From an uncultured Clostridia bacterium (GTDB lineage Bacteria > Bacillota > Clostridia > Christensenellales > CAG-314), in the NCBI GenBank assembly GCA_947570215.1, contig CANOTO010000001.1:164104-228103 (forward strand): DNA of 64,000 nt, written 5' to 3'. The translations under genes were made by a program, and so were the position numbers. Shown here in pieces: positions 16,682-26,627 of this stretch (position 1 is its first letter; each line of letters begins with the position of its first letter). The notes under the pieces are model-generated. The model saw only the letters and a program-made list of their open reading frames with translations, did not search any database and was not told the DNA's origin.

Positions 16682-19573
16682 TTATTCCGTACGCAAGCTT
16701 TCGACGGGATCTTTCTTTGCCGCAAGCGACGCGGGGATAAGTCCGGATATAAGCGTAAGACCTATGCTCACGGCAATCATTATAATCGCGGAGACCACGG
16801 GCAGCGCCGCAATCGTGTATATACCGAACAAGCTGCCAAGTATCAGATTTATTATGCCCGATATTCCGTAAGTAACCGCTATACCTATAAGTCCCGATAT
16901 ACCGCCGATAATGAAGGTTTCAGCATTGAACAAACGGGAAACGTCCCGTTTACGTCCGCCGAGCGAACGTATAACGCCTATTTCCTTGATACGTTCGATT
17001 ACCGACACATAAGTAATTATCGCTATCATTACCGTGGATACTACCAATGACAATGCAGTAAAGCAAACCAACGCTATGGTAATTATGTTAATAAATTGGT
17101 TTATCAACGTAATTACAATCTCCAAGTTGTCCGTATGAGTGATTTCCGAACGCCCCTTTGTAACAACTTCTCCTTTGTCGTTCAAAACGTCGTTTTTGGG
17201 AAGTTCTACTCCGTTAACGGTTATAGTTTTGTCCGCGTTCCATTCCTTGAGATAGTCCGTTACCAAATCCTTATCGTCGAAACTCAACGGATAAATCGCT
17301 ATACGGCTCGGTAAATCTATACCGCCCAAATGCCGCAAGGACAAGGTATATTCCGCCGCGGTAGAATCGCCGGTCATCGCGCCCATCATCGCCTTCATGG
17401 TATCCACGCTGCCAACAAACCCCAACGTTTCAACCTTTCTGTAACCGCTTGCCTGCGCAGCGTCCTTCATCACAAAGGAATAACCGTACGATACGCTGTC
17501 TTTAAGCTTTTCGTTAATTTTAATCAAAGCCGAATAATCGCCGTTTTTGAAGTCAATCAACAGCTGTACGAATTCTTTGTCGTACCGGAAGGAAAACTGA
17601 TACTTATCCTTTTCGTTCAAATAGCGTACGATTTCCGAATTTTTGCCGTCCTTTAACGCTTCGTCGGCAAGCTTAGACGTGTAATAAATACCGCTGCTCA
17701 AACAGCCGTAAGAAATGCTTTGCTTTGGACGCAAAATGGCAGTGATTTTGAGATTCTTTCCCGTCGGCCAATCGTCGCTTGCGATATTATTGTAAGTAAA
17801 ACGTTCGCCGTTCTTATTATACACGCTATCGTTTGGATACCAAGTAAACGTTTTACCCAAAAGATCTTCGTAAGAAATGCTTTCACGGTAACCTTCGTGC
17901 GTTTTATCTTCTTCTGCTCGAACGGCATCGTCTACCAAATTCATAAATTCGTCCTGCGAATAGTACCCGAACTGCGCAAGAAGCAAATCCGTAAGAGTAG
18001 TATCCTTGGATACTACTAACATTATTTCGTCCGCTTCGGTTGCAATTTTACCGTTTGTTCCCAGCATATCGTACTGAGACAAAATATAATCCGCATTGTC
18101 GGGAGCTATGCGAAAACTTTCGGTAAACATAGATATATACGCCGCGTACTGCTTATAAGCGGGCATTTCGTTGAGCAAAGCGGAATACATAGTATTTATA
18201 GCGGACAAGGACATATCCTTGACAACGTTCTGCCCGTCTTCGCCGTACATTGTAAAATCGGTATACAAATTATTGGAAAGGTTAATTCCGTAGGACTTAA
18301 CCAAAGCCGAGTAGTATTCCTTCGGCATAGCGTCCACATATGAAACGTATTCCTTGGTTATATCGTTAGTAACGTACATAGACGCCATATCGTTTCCGCG
18401 CGCTACCAGATACTCTACTATTTTATCTACGTTTACGTAGCCGTCCTTAATCGCAGGTTTTACCGCGTCCGTTACCATCATATTGTTCATAGACGTCATA
18501 ATAGCGTCCATATTGATGGCTTCCTGACTTATCGTCACGGGATTGCCCGACAGCATATCGTCCTGCATTCCGCGAATATAGCCCTGCACTCCGCTGGAAA
18601 CCGCCAAAACCGTTGCCACGCCTATGATGCCGATCGAGCCCGCCAAGCAAACCAAAAACGTACGCCTGAATTTGGACATAAGATTTCTTGCTGACAGCTT
18701 GAATGCTCCCCAAAACGACAGCTTGGACTTTTTGTTTTTGACTTTTTTCTTCTTGATCTTTTTCGGTTTTCCGTCGTTTGCGGTTGTCGTTTCCGACTCG
18801 GCTTGCTCCGCCGCGTTTATACAATCTTCGGTTTGTTCTGCCGTCGCTTCGCGCGCCTGCGCTTCGGCAAGCTCCTGCGCCGCAAGTTCTTCCGCGCCGA
18901 ACGGATTGGTGTCGTCCACTATGTTACCGTCCAACAGACGTATAATACGCGTGGAATACTGCTCGGCAAGCTCGGGGTTGTGCGTTACCATAATAACCAA
19001 GCGCTGTTCGGCAATTTCCTTGATAATGTCCATTATCTGCACGGAAGTGGTCGTATCCAACGCTCCCGTAGGTTCGTCGGCAAGCAAGATCTCCGGTTCG
19101 TTAACAATCGCGCGCGCTATAGCTACGCGCTGGCATTGTCCGCCGGACAGCTGATTTGGCTTCTTATTATATTGACCTTGAAGTCCTACCTTGTCCAAAG
19201 CTTCGTGAGCGCGGCGAACGCGTTCCGCCTTGTCTACGCCGGAAATGGACAACGCCAACTCGACGTTTTCGGATATAGTTTGGTGCGGAATAAGATTATA
19301 ACTTTGAAACACGAAGCCTATGCTGTGATTGCGGTAGTTGTCCCAATCGCGGTCGCCGTAATTTACTGTGCTTACGCCGTTGATAAACAACTCTCCGCTC
19401 GTGTAATGGTCTAAGCCGCCGATAATATTCAACAGCGTAGTCTTGCCGCAGCCGGACGGACCGAGAACGGAAACGAATTCGTTCCTGCGAAAAGCAATAT
19501 CCACGCCTTTAAGCGCGTGAACCTTGGTGTCGGCAACAACGTAATCTTTGGTAATCTGTTTTAATTGCAACAT
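16682..19573 (-). CDS. Fused ABC ATPase / FtsX-type (MacB-like) permease with large extracytoplasmic domain
   Basis: Start moved to ATG 19573 (MLQLKQITKDY) behind GGGAG. Walker A GPSGCGKTT, LSGGQCQR and LLADEPTG. An Ala/Glu-rich then Lys-rich linker is followed by TM1, a hydrophilic domain of about 475 aa, and three C-terminal TM helices with the FtsX pattern. Confidence 0.85.
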   Translation of the reverse strand: MLQLKQITKDYVVADTKVHALKGVDIAFRRNEFVSVLGPSGCGKTTLLNIIGGLDHYTSGELFINGVSTVNYGDRDWDNYRNHSIGFVFQSYNLIPHQTISENVELALSISGVDKAERVRRAHEALDKVGLQGQYNKKPNQLSGGQCQRVAIARAIVNEPEILLADEPTGALDTTTSVQIMDIIKEIAEQRLVIMVTHNPELAEQYSTRIIRLLDGNIVDDTNPFGAEELAAQELAEAQAREATAEQTEDCINAAEQAESETTTANDGKPKKIKKKKVKNKKSKLSFWGAFKLSARNLMSKFRRTFLVCLAGSIGIIGVATVLAVSSGVQGYIRGMQDDMLSGNPVTISQEAINMDAIMTSMNNMMVTDAVKPAIKDGYVNVDKIVEYLVARGNDMASMYVTNDITKEYVSYVDAMPKEYYSALVKSYGINLSNNLYTDFTMYGEDGQNVVKDMSLSAINTMYSALLNEMPAYKQYAAYISMFTESFRIAPDNADYILSQYDMLGTNGKIATEADEIMLVVSKDTTLTDLLLAQFGYYSQDEFMNLVDDAVRAEEDKTHEGYRESISYEDLLGKTFTWYPNDSVYNKNGERFTYNNIASDDWPTGKNLKITAILRPKQSISYGCLSSGIYYTSKLADEALKDGKNSEIVRYLNEKDKYQFSFRYDKEFVQLLIDFKNGDYSALIKINEKLKDSVSYGYSFVMKDAAQASGYRKVETLGFVGSVDTMKAMMGAMTGDSTAAEYTLSLRHLGGIDLPSRIAIYPLSFDDKDLVTDYLKEWNADKTITVNGVELPKNDVLNDKGEVVTKGRSEITHTDNLEIVITLINQFINIITIALVCFTALSLVVSTVMIAIITYVSVIERIKEIGVIRSLGGRKRDVSRLFNAETFIIGGISGLIGIAVTYGISGIINLILGSLFGIYTIAALPVVSAIIMIAVSIGLTLISGLIPASLAAKKDPVESLRTE

Positions 19574-19712
19574 AGTAATCTCCCGACAGAAATAAATATT
19601 CTGTTGATACTTATTATTATACCAAATATATGATACTTTACACAACTGAAAAACGATTGAAAATCAGCCGTTGATTTTCAAATGTTTCTATGCAAGAATA
19701 TGTAATCAAAAC

Positions 19713-19741
19713 GGACAAAAACCGCCGAGCGGTTCTTGTCC
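19713..19741 (-). terminator. Terminator-like hairpin after dnaE
   Basis: ggacaaaaacc-gccgagc-ggttcttgtcc (one mismatch), then gttttgatt on the minus strand. Confidence 0.5.
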
Positions 19742-19805
19742 GAAACGTTTTATTTTGTCTAATACCCGTAGGCGCACACATCCGAAACGGGCGGTAGGCT
19801 TACGC

Positions 19806-22800
19806 TTATTTTTCAAAGAAGATAACGTTCTTATCACCCAAAAGCAAGCTCAGCTCGTATTCGATACCGCTGCATCTGCGAACGGTCGTTTCCATTCCGT
19901 AGGCTTTGCCTTCTATTTTGATTTTTACGGGTATATCTCCTTCGTACTGGTCGAGAACGTCCTTTATCTTGGCATACACTTCGTCGTCGCGCGACTCCAT
20001 CTTCAACCATAGGGTAGTTGTTGTTGTCTGCTCCGTCACCTGTTCGTTCTTTTGCTTTTCGTCGTTACGCGGGTTTATTATCTCGCGGATATTTATCTTG
20101 TAGCCGTCGCGCGATTCCACTACGTTGCCTTTTATAACAACGAAAGCATCCGCGCCGAAAAGCGTCTTATACTTCTCGTAAGTTGCGCCGTACAGAGCCA
20201 CTTCGATGCTGTCGTACTTGTCTTCCATTACGCCGAAGCCCATTCGGTTGTTATCTCTGCCTACCACCACTCGGATATCGCGAAGTATACCGCCGGTAGT
20301 AACAAAACGTTTTTTAACTTCGGGACGAACTGCCTCACCGTCTTCAGACCCGTCAGGGACGTACGCCATAGTTTCGGACGTATTGAAGTCGAAACGAAAA
20401 CGCTTTGCGATGTCGTCGTAATCGTCCAACGGAGAGCCGGTCATATACAGCCCCAACACTTCGTTTTCGAAGTTATACAGCACTTGTTTGGGAAGCTCCT
20501 TTACCTGTTCGCGTTCCGTTTTCGCCGTCGTTTTAAGCTCCGGCATCATATCGAAAATAGATATCTGACCGGTCGAATGCTTTTTGTTGCGCTCGACTAC
20601 GTCGTTAAGCTCGTCGGAATACCATTGAAGCATATCCGCGCGAGTACGGTTAAAGCAATCGAACGCTCCGCCTTTGATGAAGTTTTCAACTAAACGTTTG
20701 TTAATAAAGCTTGCGCAGCGTTCGAACAGATCGCTCATATCGGCGAATTCGCCGCCGCGTTCGCGCTCTTCGACTATCTGCTTGACAATACCTACGCCGA
20801 TATTCTTGATACCGCCCAAGCCGAAACGGATTGCTCCGTCTTCGACGTGGAATTCGTCAAGACTTTTGTTAATACATGGCGGCAGCACCTTGATACCCTG
20901 CGCCTTGGCGTACTCCATATATTTTTTTATCTGCGCTATATCCGTAATACGGTTATTCAACAGAGCGCAAATAAATTCGACGGGATAGTAATTTTTTAAC
21001 CACGCGGTTTGATACGTTACGTAGGCGTAGCAGGTGGCGTGCGACTTGTTAAAGGCGTATTGAGAAAAGTCGTCCAATTGCTTATATATCTGCAAAGCAA
21101 TATCTTCCGGTATGCCGTTATTTACGCAGCCGGGAACCGTTTCTACCTTTTTTGCATTTTTAATCGCCTTCTCGTCGGTTGCGATTTTACCGTCTGCCCA
21201 CGTTCCGCCGTGAACGAACAACTCGCCGAGATCCTTCATCATCTGAGCCTTTTTCTTGCTCATTGCATACCGAACGTTATCCGCGAGCGCGGTGGAAAAG
21301 CCCGCAAGCTTCTTAACAAGTTGCATAACCTGCTCTTGATAAACGATACATCCGTTTGTAACGGCGAGTATTTCTTCCATAGACGGATGCAAATAATGTA
21401 TCTTGGACTTGTCGAATTTGCAGTCGATATAATCGCCGATATACTGCATAGGTCCCGGACGGTACAGACTGATACCTGCGATAATTTCTTCCAATCCGGT
21501 CGGCTTCATCTTACGCATAAGGTCGCACATTCCGCCGCTTTCAAGCTGGAATATACACATAGTGTCTCCTGAGCTTATCAGATTGAAAACGTTAAGGTCG
21601 GAGTAATCGTCCTTGGAAAAATCCACCTTGATGCCGTAATCTTCGTAAACGTAGTCGCAGGCTTTCTTGATATCCGTAAGCGTTCTGAGCCCCAAAAAGT
21701 CCATTTTAAGAAGTCCCAGTTCTTCCACTTCCACCATATTGTACTGGGTGGTTACAATGCCGCCCTTGGCAAGCGAACCGCCGTTAGTCTGCAACGGAAC
21801 GTGATCGGACACCTTTTCGCGACAGATAACTACGCCCGCCGCGTGCATACCCGTTTGTCTCGGCGACCCTTCGAGACGCGTTGCGATATCTATTATCTTG
21901 TGCGTTGCGGGATCGTTGTACGCTTGTATAAGCTCGTCCGATACGTATGCGTCTTCGGGCTTTTTATACGGCTTTTGTCCCAACAGATGACGTAAAGTAT
22001 ACTTAAATCCGTCGGGGACCATCTTGGCAAGACGGTTGGATTCCGCAATGGGAACACGCAGTACACGCGCTACGTCGCGTATGGCGTTCTTGGCGGCCAT
22101 AGTTCCGAAGGTTACTATCTGACACACATTGTCGTTGCCGTACTTAGCGTGAACGTAATCTATGACTTCGCCGCGTCTGTCCATACAGAAGTCAACGTCG
22201 AAATCGGGCATGGACTTACGCTCGGGATTAAGAAAACGCTCGAACATAAGATTAAAACGGAAAGGTTCTACCTCGGTAATGCCTATAAGATACGCTATTA
22301 CGCTGCCGGCTCCGCTTCCGCGACCCGGCCCTACGGGAATACCGTTAGTCTTGGCGTAGTTGATAAAGTCCCATACTATAAGATAATAGTCCACAAACCC
22401 CATACTGCATATTACGCCGTATTCGTACTCGATACGTTCGCGAATTTCATCGGTGCAGTTAGGATACTTGACCTTTAACCCTTCTTCCAATAAGTATCTC
22501 AAATACTCGGGGGAAGTCATATTATTTGGCGGCGTGTACAAGGGCAGCAGTTTTTCTTTGCCGAAATTAACATTGCATTTTTCCGCAATTTCCAGCGTAT
22601 TTTCCACCGCGTCGTATACGTTTGGGAACAGTTCCGCCATTTCGTCGTGCGTTTTAAGATAAAACTCTTCACCCGTAAACTTCATTCTGTCCGTGTCGTC
22701 GACGTATCTGCCCATCTGCACGCACATCATTATATCCTGTATTTCGGCGTCTTCCTTGTTGAGATAGTGAACGTCATTGGTTACTACGAGCTTTATATCC

Positions 22801-23381
22801 AATTCTCTCGCAAGATCGATAAGCTGCGGCATAACGGCGTCTTCGTCGGCTATACCGTGCTTTTGTATCTCGATATAGTAGTCTTCGCCGAACAGCTCCT
22901 TGTATTGCAGCGCAAGCTCGCGGGCATCGTCGGGACGGTCGGCAAGAAACAAACGCGGAAGCTGCCCCGCAATACACGCCGACAGACATATAAGACCTTC
23001 GCTGTACTTTTTAAGCGTAGCGAAGTCGATACGCGGTTTGTAGTAAAATCCGTCCACCCAAGCTATCGAATTGAGTCTGCAAAGGTTATAATAACCCGTA
23101 TTATTCTTGGCAAGCAATATAAGGTGGAAATATTCCTTGTTATCGTAGCCTACCCCATACAAGTTTTCGCACATATAAAACTCGCAACCGATAATGGGCT
23201 TGATGCCGACGGCATTGGCGGCTTTGAGAAACTTCCATGCGCAGTACATATTACCGTGGTCGGTAACGGCTATTGCAGGCATGTCGTATTCCTTGCAGCG
23301 TGCGAGCATATCGTCAATACGCGTGGCGCCGTCAAGCAGGCTGTATTCCGTATGTAAATGTAAATGGACGAAAGGTTTCAT
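19806..23381 (-). CDS. dnaE: DNA polymerase III alpha subunit (DnaE type)
   Basis: 1,191 aa. N-terminal PHP domain FVHLHLHTEYSLLDG. Polymerase core motifs (PDFDVDF, GLLKMDFLGLRTL). C-terminal OB-fold region. Confidence 0.95.
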   Translation of the reverse strand: MKPFVHLHLHTEYSLLDGATRIDDMLARCKEYDMPAIAVTDHGNMYCAWKFLKAANAVGIKPIIGCEFYMCENLYGVGYDNKEYFHLILLAKNNTGYYNLCRLNSIAWVDGFYYKPRIDFATLKKYSEGLICLSACIAGQLPRLFLADRPDDARELALQYKELFGEDYYIEIQKHGIADEDAVMPQLIDLARELDIKLVVTNDVHYLNKEDAEIQDIMMCVQMGRYVDDTDRMKFTGEEFYLKTHDEMAELFPNVYDAVENTLEIAEKCNVNFGKEKLLPLYTPPNNMTSPEYLRYLLEEGLKVKYPNCTDEIRERIEYEYGVICSMGFVDYYLIVWDFINYAKTNGIPVGPGRGSGAGSVIAYLIGITEVEPFRFNLMFERFLNPERKSMPDFDVDFCMDRRGEVIDYVHAKYGNDNVCQIVTFGTMAAKNAIRDVARVLRVPIAESNRLAKMVPDGFKYTLRHLLGQKPYKKPEDAYVSDELIQAYNDPATHKIIDIATRLEGSPRQTGMHAAGVVICREKVSDHVPLQTNGGSLAKGGIVTTQYNMVEVEELGLLKMDFLGLRTLTDIKKACDYVYEDYGIKVDFSKDDYSDLNVFNLISSGDTMCIFQLESGGMCDLMRKMKPTGLEEIIAGISLYRPGPMQYIGDYIDCKFDKSKIHYLHPSMEEILAVTNGCIVYQEQVMQLVKKLAGFSTALADNVRYAMSKKKAQMMKDLGELFVHGGTWADGKIATDEKAIKNAKKVETVPGCVNNGIPEDIALQIYKQLDDFSQYAFNKSHATCYAYVTYQTAWLKNYYPVEFICALLNNRITDIAQIKKYMEYAKAQGIKVLPPCINKSLDEFHVEDGAIRFGLGGIKNIGVGIVKQIVEERERGGEFADMSDLFERCASFINKRLVENFIKGGAFDCFNRTRADMLQWYSDELNDVVERNKKHSTGQISIFDMMPELKTTAKTEREQVKELPKQVLYNFENEVLGLYMTGSPLDDYDDIAKRFRFDFNTSETMAYVPDGSEDGEAVRPEVKKRFVTTGGILRDIRVVVGRDNNRMGFGVMEDKYDSIEVALYGATYEKYKTLFGADAFVVIKGNVVESRDGYKINIREIINPRNDEKQKNEQVTEQTTTTTLWLKMESRDDEVYAKIKDVLDQYEGDIPVKIKIEGKAYGMETTVRRCSGIEYELSLLLGDKNVIFFEK

Positions 23382-24325
23382 TTGTTCTCCTGATTGGCAA
23401 GTTCGATAAGCTTTGCAAAACGGTGACTTGCTCCGCTTTTGGATATGTTAAGACGCGCTGCGATTTCGTCGAGATTGGCTTCGGGAAATTCTTGACGGAT
23501 ACGCGCGATATCTTTAAGTTGATCGGACAGCGTATCGAACATTCCAGCGGCATGCAACCGCGCAATAGCCGCAAGCTGTTTTTCCGAAGCAGCAACACTT
23601 TTTTCTATATTAGCCGATATACAATTACTTTGCCTATTTGCGTTGTTGCGCATACTGCGACCTATAATTACGTTTTCCAACTTCAAGCGTCCCTTGGTTG
23701 CATTAAAGTAGGATAACGCGTCGGCGATTTTTTCGCTGTCTTTTAAGTACAGCACCGTATGACTTTTGCGAGTCGTTTGCCCGAAACGAAATTCGCCGTA
23801 CGCTTGGGCGACGGCTCTCGCAAAATCCGCGTCGGCAAACCGCAGCTCCAAATGGTACTTGGCGCGTAGCTTATTCTCTCCGACATCCGTGTCGGACAGC
23901 GGAATTACTACCGACCCGCAAGACGCGAACAGCGCCTGCATAAACGCTTTGCGGCAGCACGGCTTTGAGGGAATGAGCCCTTCCGATTCGAGCGGAAACC
24001 CAATTACACCGTCATCCCGCGTTATTAAGCCGAGCTTTTCGCCCACTTTGCCGTCAAAAATACAGCTGTATACCGCCGCTCCCTTAGCATTTACATTGTA
24101 GCTTTCCACTTTGCTGCTTACTCCGAATTCTCTTTCGGCAAGCTCGCCGCATAAAGTCAAAAAATCGCAGTTCTCGCTTTCCACAGAGAAATAGAACTTT
24201 TTCATATCCAAAGCGAGTGAACCTACGGACTTTAATACCGCGGTCAAAAAAGCCGCAGCGCAACACCCCTTTACGTTACGTACGGATTTTATTATTTCGC
24301 TTTTAACGTCCTGAGAAAAAGTCAT
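23378..24325 (-). CDS. whiA: DNA-binding protein WhiA
   Basis: Start set at MTFSQDVKSEI. Length of 315 aa, degenerate LAGLIDADG-type middle region and C-terminal HTH (LNISKSGASHRFAKL) fit WhiA. The stop overlaps the dnaE start. Confidence 0.8.
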   Translation of the reverse strand: MTFSQDVKSEIIKSVRNVKGCCAAAFLTAVLKSVGSLALDMKKFYFSVESENCDFLTLCGELAEREFGVSSKVESYNVNAKGAAVYSCIFDGKVGEKLGLITRDDGVIGFPLESEGLIPSKPCCRKAFMQALFASCGSVVIPLSDTDVGENKLRAKYHLELRFADADFARAVAQAYGEFRFGQTTRKSHTVLYLKDSEKIADALSYFNATKGRLKLENVIIGRSMRNNANRQSNCISANIEKSVAASEKQLAAIARLHAAGMFDTLSDQLKDIARIRQEFPEANLDEIAARLNISKSGASHRFAKLIELANQENK

Positions 24326-25241
24326 ATTCTTCCTTTGCAAAGTTTACGAGTTCCACTTCCAATTTCGGTTCGAGACCGTAGTCGCGGCGTAAAATTTCCG
24401 TCATTTGTTTTATTACCGAGTATATATCCGCGCTTGTAGCCTTGTCAACGTTTACGACAAACCCGGCGTGCTTTACGGATACCTGAGCGCCGCCGACCGA
24501 AAACCCTTTGAGCCCCGATTTGTCCAACAAACGCGACACTGCAACCTTGTCGTGATACAGCACGCATCCTGCCGAGCGGTAATTAAGCGGCTGCGAGCGC
24601 GCTTTTTTATCGCGCATTTCCGCCACTACGCTCTTAACCGACTGAACGTCGCTTCGACTAAAACGGAACGTCGCCGATAATATTACGTAATCTTGACGCG
24701 ACTTAAACAAGCTGCTTCGTTTGGACAAAAGGCAATCGCAAGCGCGTATATAGCGGACCCGCCCCTTGTAAAACACCTTGACCCCCGTCAAAACGTCAGC
24801 AACGCACTGTCCGTAGCAGCCTGCGTTGCTTACCACTGCGCCGCCCACGGTTGCAGGCAAACATGCGGCAAATTCTCCTCCGGACAAGCCCCTATCCTGC
24901 AGTTTCTTGGACAGAGTAACCGTCGAAGTGCCGGAAAGCGCGACAACGCGCCTGCCGCGGAAGGTTACGCCGCTTGCTTTGTTTACGACAACCACGCCGT
25001 CGTAATCGCGGTCGGAAGCGACGATATTACTGCCTTTGCCCAAAACCATAAACTTTACTTTAAGCCTGTAAAGCAATTTTAATACCAATAGGAGCTGCCT
25101 TGCTGTGACGGGATATATTACAAGTTTGATTGTACCCCCAACGCCCAAAGTTGTCAACCCCGAAAACGGTATGTTTCGGCAAGTTTGCACGGAAAATTTT
25201 TTCATTTTTGAAACTATCGCGTTTACCGATTCTTCCGTCAT
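24303..25241 (-). CDS. murB: UDP-N-acetylenolpyruvoylglucosamine reductase
   Basis: 312 aa. FAD-binding pattern TLGVGGT...GKGSNIV. C-terminal SAGCV...GLKG...GGAQVS.KHAGFVVN is typical of MurB. Confidence 0.85.
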   Translation of the reverse strand: MTEESVNAIVSKMKKFSVQTCRNIPFSGLTTLGVGGTIKLVIYPVTARQLLLVLKLLYRLKVKFMVLGKGSNIVASDRDYDGVVVVNKASGVTFRGRRVVALSGTSTVTLSKKLQDRGLSGGEFAACLPATVGGAVVSNAGCYGQCVADVLTGVKVFYKGRVRYIRACDCLLSKRSSLFKSRQDYVILSATFRFSRSDVQSVKSVVAEMRDKKARSQPLNYRSAGCVLYHDKVAVSRLLDKSGLKGFSVGGAQVSVKHAGFVVNVDKATSADIYSVIKQMTEILRRDYGLEPKLEVELVNFAKEEYDFFSGR

Positions 25242-25242
25242 A

Positions 25243-26376
25243 TCAAATTTTAAGAGTGCTTTTCGCAGTTTGACGTTGATTTGCTATTACTTCGCCGTTC
25301 ACAAACGCATTGGGAACGAACGCCGACGACAAAGCTTGTTCGCAAGCGGACATTCGCGCGTTGGAAGAATACAGTTGTTTATCCAAAACGGAGAACATAT
25401 TCAAATTTATAAGACCGGCCTGCGTTTCTTCCGACAAAATATACTTTACGTACTCGATACAGCTTTGACGCTTTTCTTCACAGTATTTGGAAATTCCGAC
25501 ATATTGTACCAAATCGGTATATTCGCCTACGGGCGCGAAGCCGAGCTCGTCGATTTTACTTTGCGATTCCTTTTGCCCGAGTCTGAATATATCCCGCTGC
25601 GTTCCGAGCAGCGTTACGGCGGTGTTGTTGGCCACAAATTGTTCGTACGCCTGATACTGAGTAACGCCTTCGTCTATGTACGACGCGTCCCCCCTAAGCC
25701 CCGACATTGCAAGCGCGGTAAGCGGACTGTTTGCTTGGGTAAACCCGCAAATCAAAGGTCGAAGTTCCACGGTGTTTTTGCCTATTTTACGCGTAAAAGT
25801 CGCCGTAAGAGCGTCCGTAGTCAGTTTATCCTGAGACAACTGACCGCTTCGGGCAAATAAGCAATACGCCCCGGCATACAGCGGCACGCCGTACTGCTTG
25901 CCGTCTACCTGTCCGGATATCATAAAGTTATCCCTAACAAAACCCACACTATCGTTAAAGGGCGCAAGATATTCCAATACAGAGCTGCCGACTCCGCGGG
26001 AAAAGCATATCAAATCGAACCGCTGCCCGTTTTGCAGCTTGTCGGCAAGCTCGGTAACTGTCAAATCGGTTACGTGTACGAACAGTCCCGAATTGGCTTT
26101 TTCGAATTTTGCCGACTTATTGGTAAGCCAAGACGAACGGCTGCCCGAACCGCCCTCGAACGTTTCCACGTTCCACAATTCTATAACGCCTTGGTATCCC
26201 GAAGGGGGTTGAGTACGCGGTTTAACAGGCAATGCGGGCAACGCCCACGCCAATGCCACCGCCGAAATCAATACGACGATTACCGCAGACAATATCCACT
26301 TCGGCACAGACTTTTTTTCTCGTTTTTCCTTTGGTTTTTTTTCTTTTTGGGGTCGTACGACTTTGATTTTGCTCAT
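25243..26376 (-). CDS. Membrane-anchored periplasmic-binding-protein-like (SBP type 2-like) protein, orphan
   Basis: Start set at ATG 26376 (MSKIKVV) behind AGGAGA. Lys-rich cytoplasmic head, a single TM helix, then ~300 aa that resemble solute-binding proteins in pattern only. The stop lies 2 nt before the murB start. Confidence 0.45.
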   Translation of the reverse strand: MSKIKVVRPQKEKKPKEKREKKSVPKWILSAVIVVLISAVALAWALPALPVKPRTQPPSGYQGVIELWNVETFEGGSGSRSSWLTNKSAKFEKANSGLFVHVTDLTVTELADKLQNGQRFDLICFSRGVGSSVLEYLAPFNDSVGFVRDNFMISGQVDGKQYGVPLYAGAYCLFARSGQLSQDKLTTDALTATFTRKIGKNTVELRPLICGFTQANSPLTALAMSGLRGDASYIDEGVTQYQAYEQFVANNTAVTLLGTQRDIFRLGQKESQSKIDELGFAPVGEYTDLVQYVGISKYCEEKRQSCIEYVKYILSEETQAGLINLNMFSVLDKQLYSSNARMSACEQALSSAFVPNAFVNGEVIANQRQTAKSTLKI

Positions 26377-26627
26377 AATCGGTCTCCTTGCATATTTAAT
26401 AGCACCGAAATAATATACTACGGTAAAGTCCGAGTAAGAATAATTACATTGTCGCAATTTAGACTAATTTGCGTCATTGCCGTAAATAGACATGGCGCGC
26501 GACTAAAAACCGCCCGATTTTAACATAAAAATTACGGAAACTATTTACTTTGTCATAAATTTTATATATAATAAAACAGACGACGGCAAATATCGACCTT
26601 CGTACTATCCCAAAGGAACAAGCCGAA

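Noticed and set aside
16519-16725. 68-aa minus-strand ORF between the ABC/FtsX gene and the ABC exporter operon
   Set aside because: It spans the terminator hairpin and overlaps the 3' end of the FtsX-type gene. Its composition is non-coding-like.
22647-23357. 236-aa plus-strand ORF inside dnaE, and similar ORFs at 20052-20693 and 21009-21572
   Set aside because: All are antisense to the conserved dnaE frame and show no independent signals.
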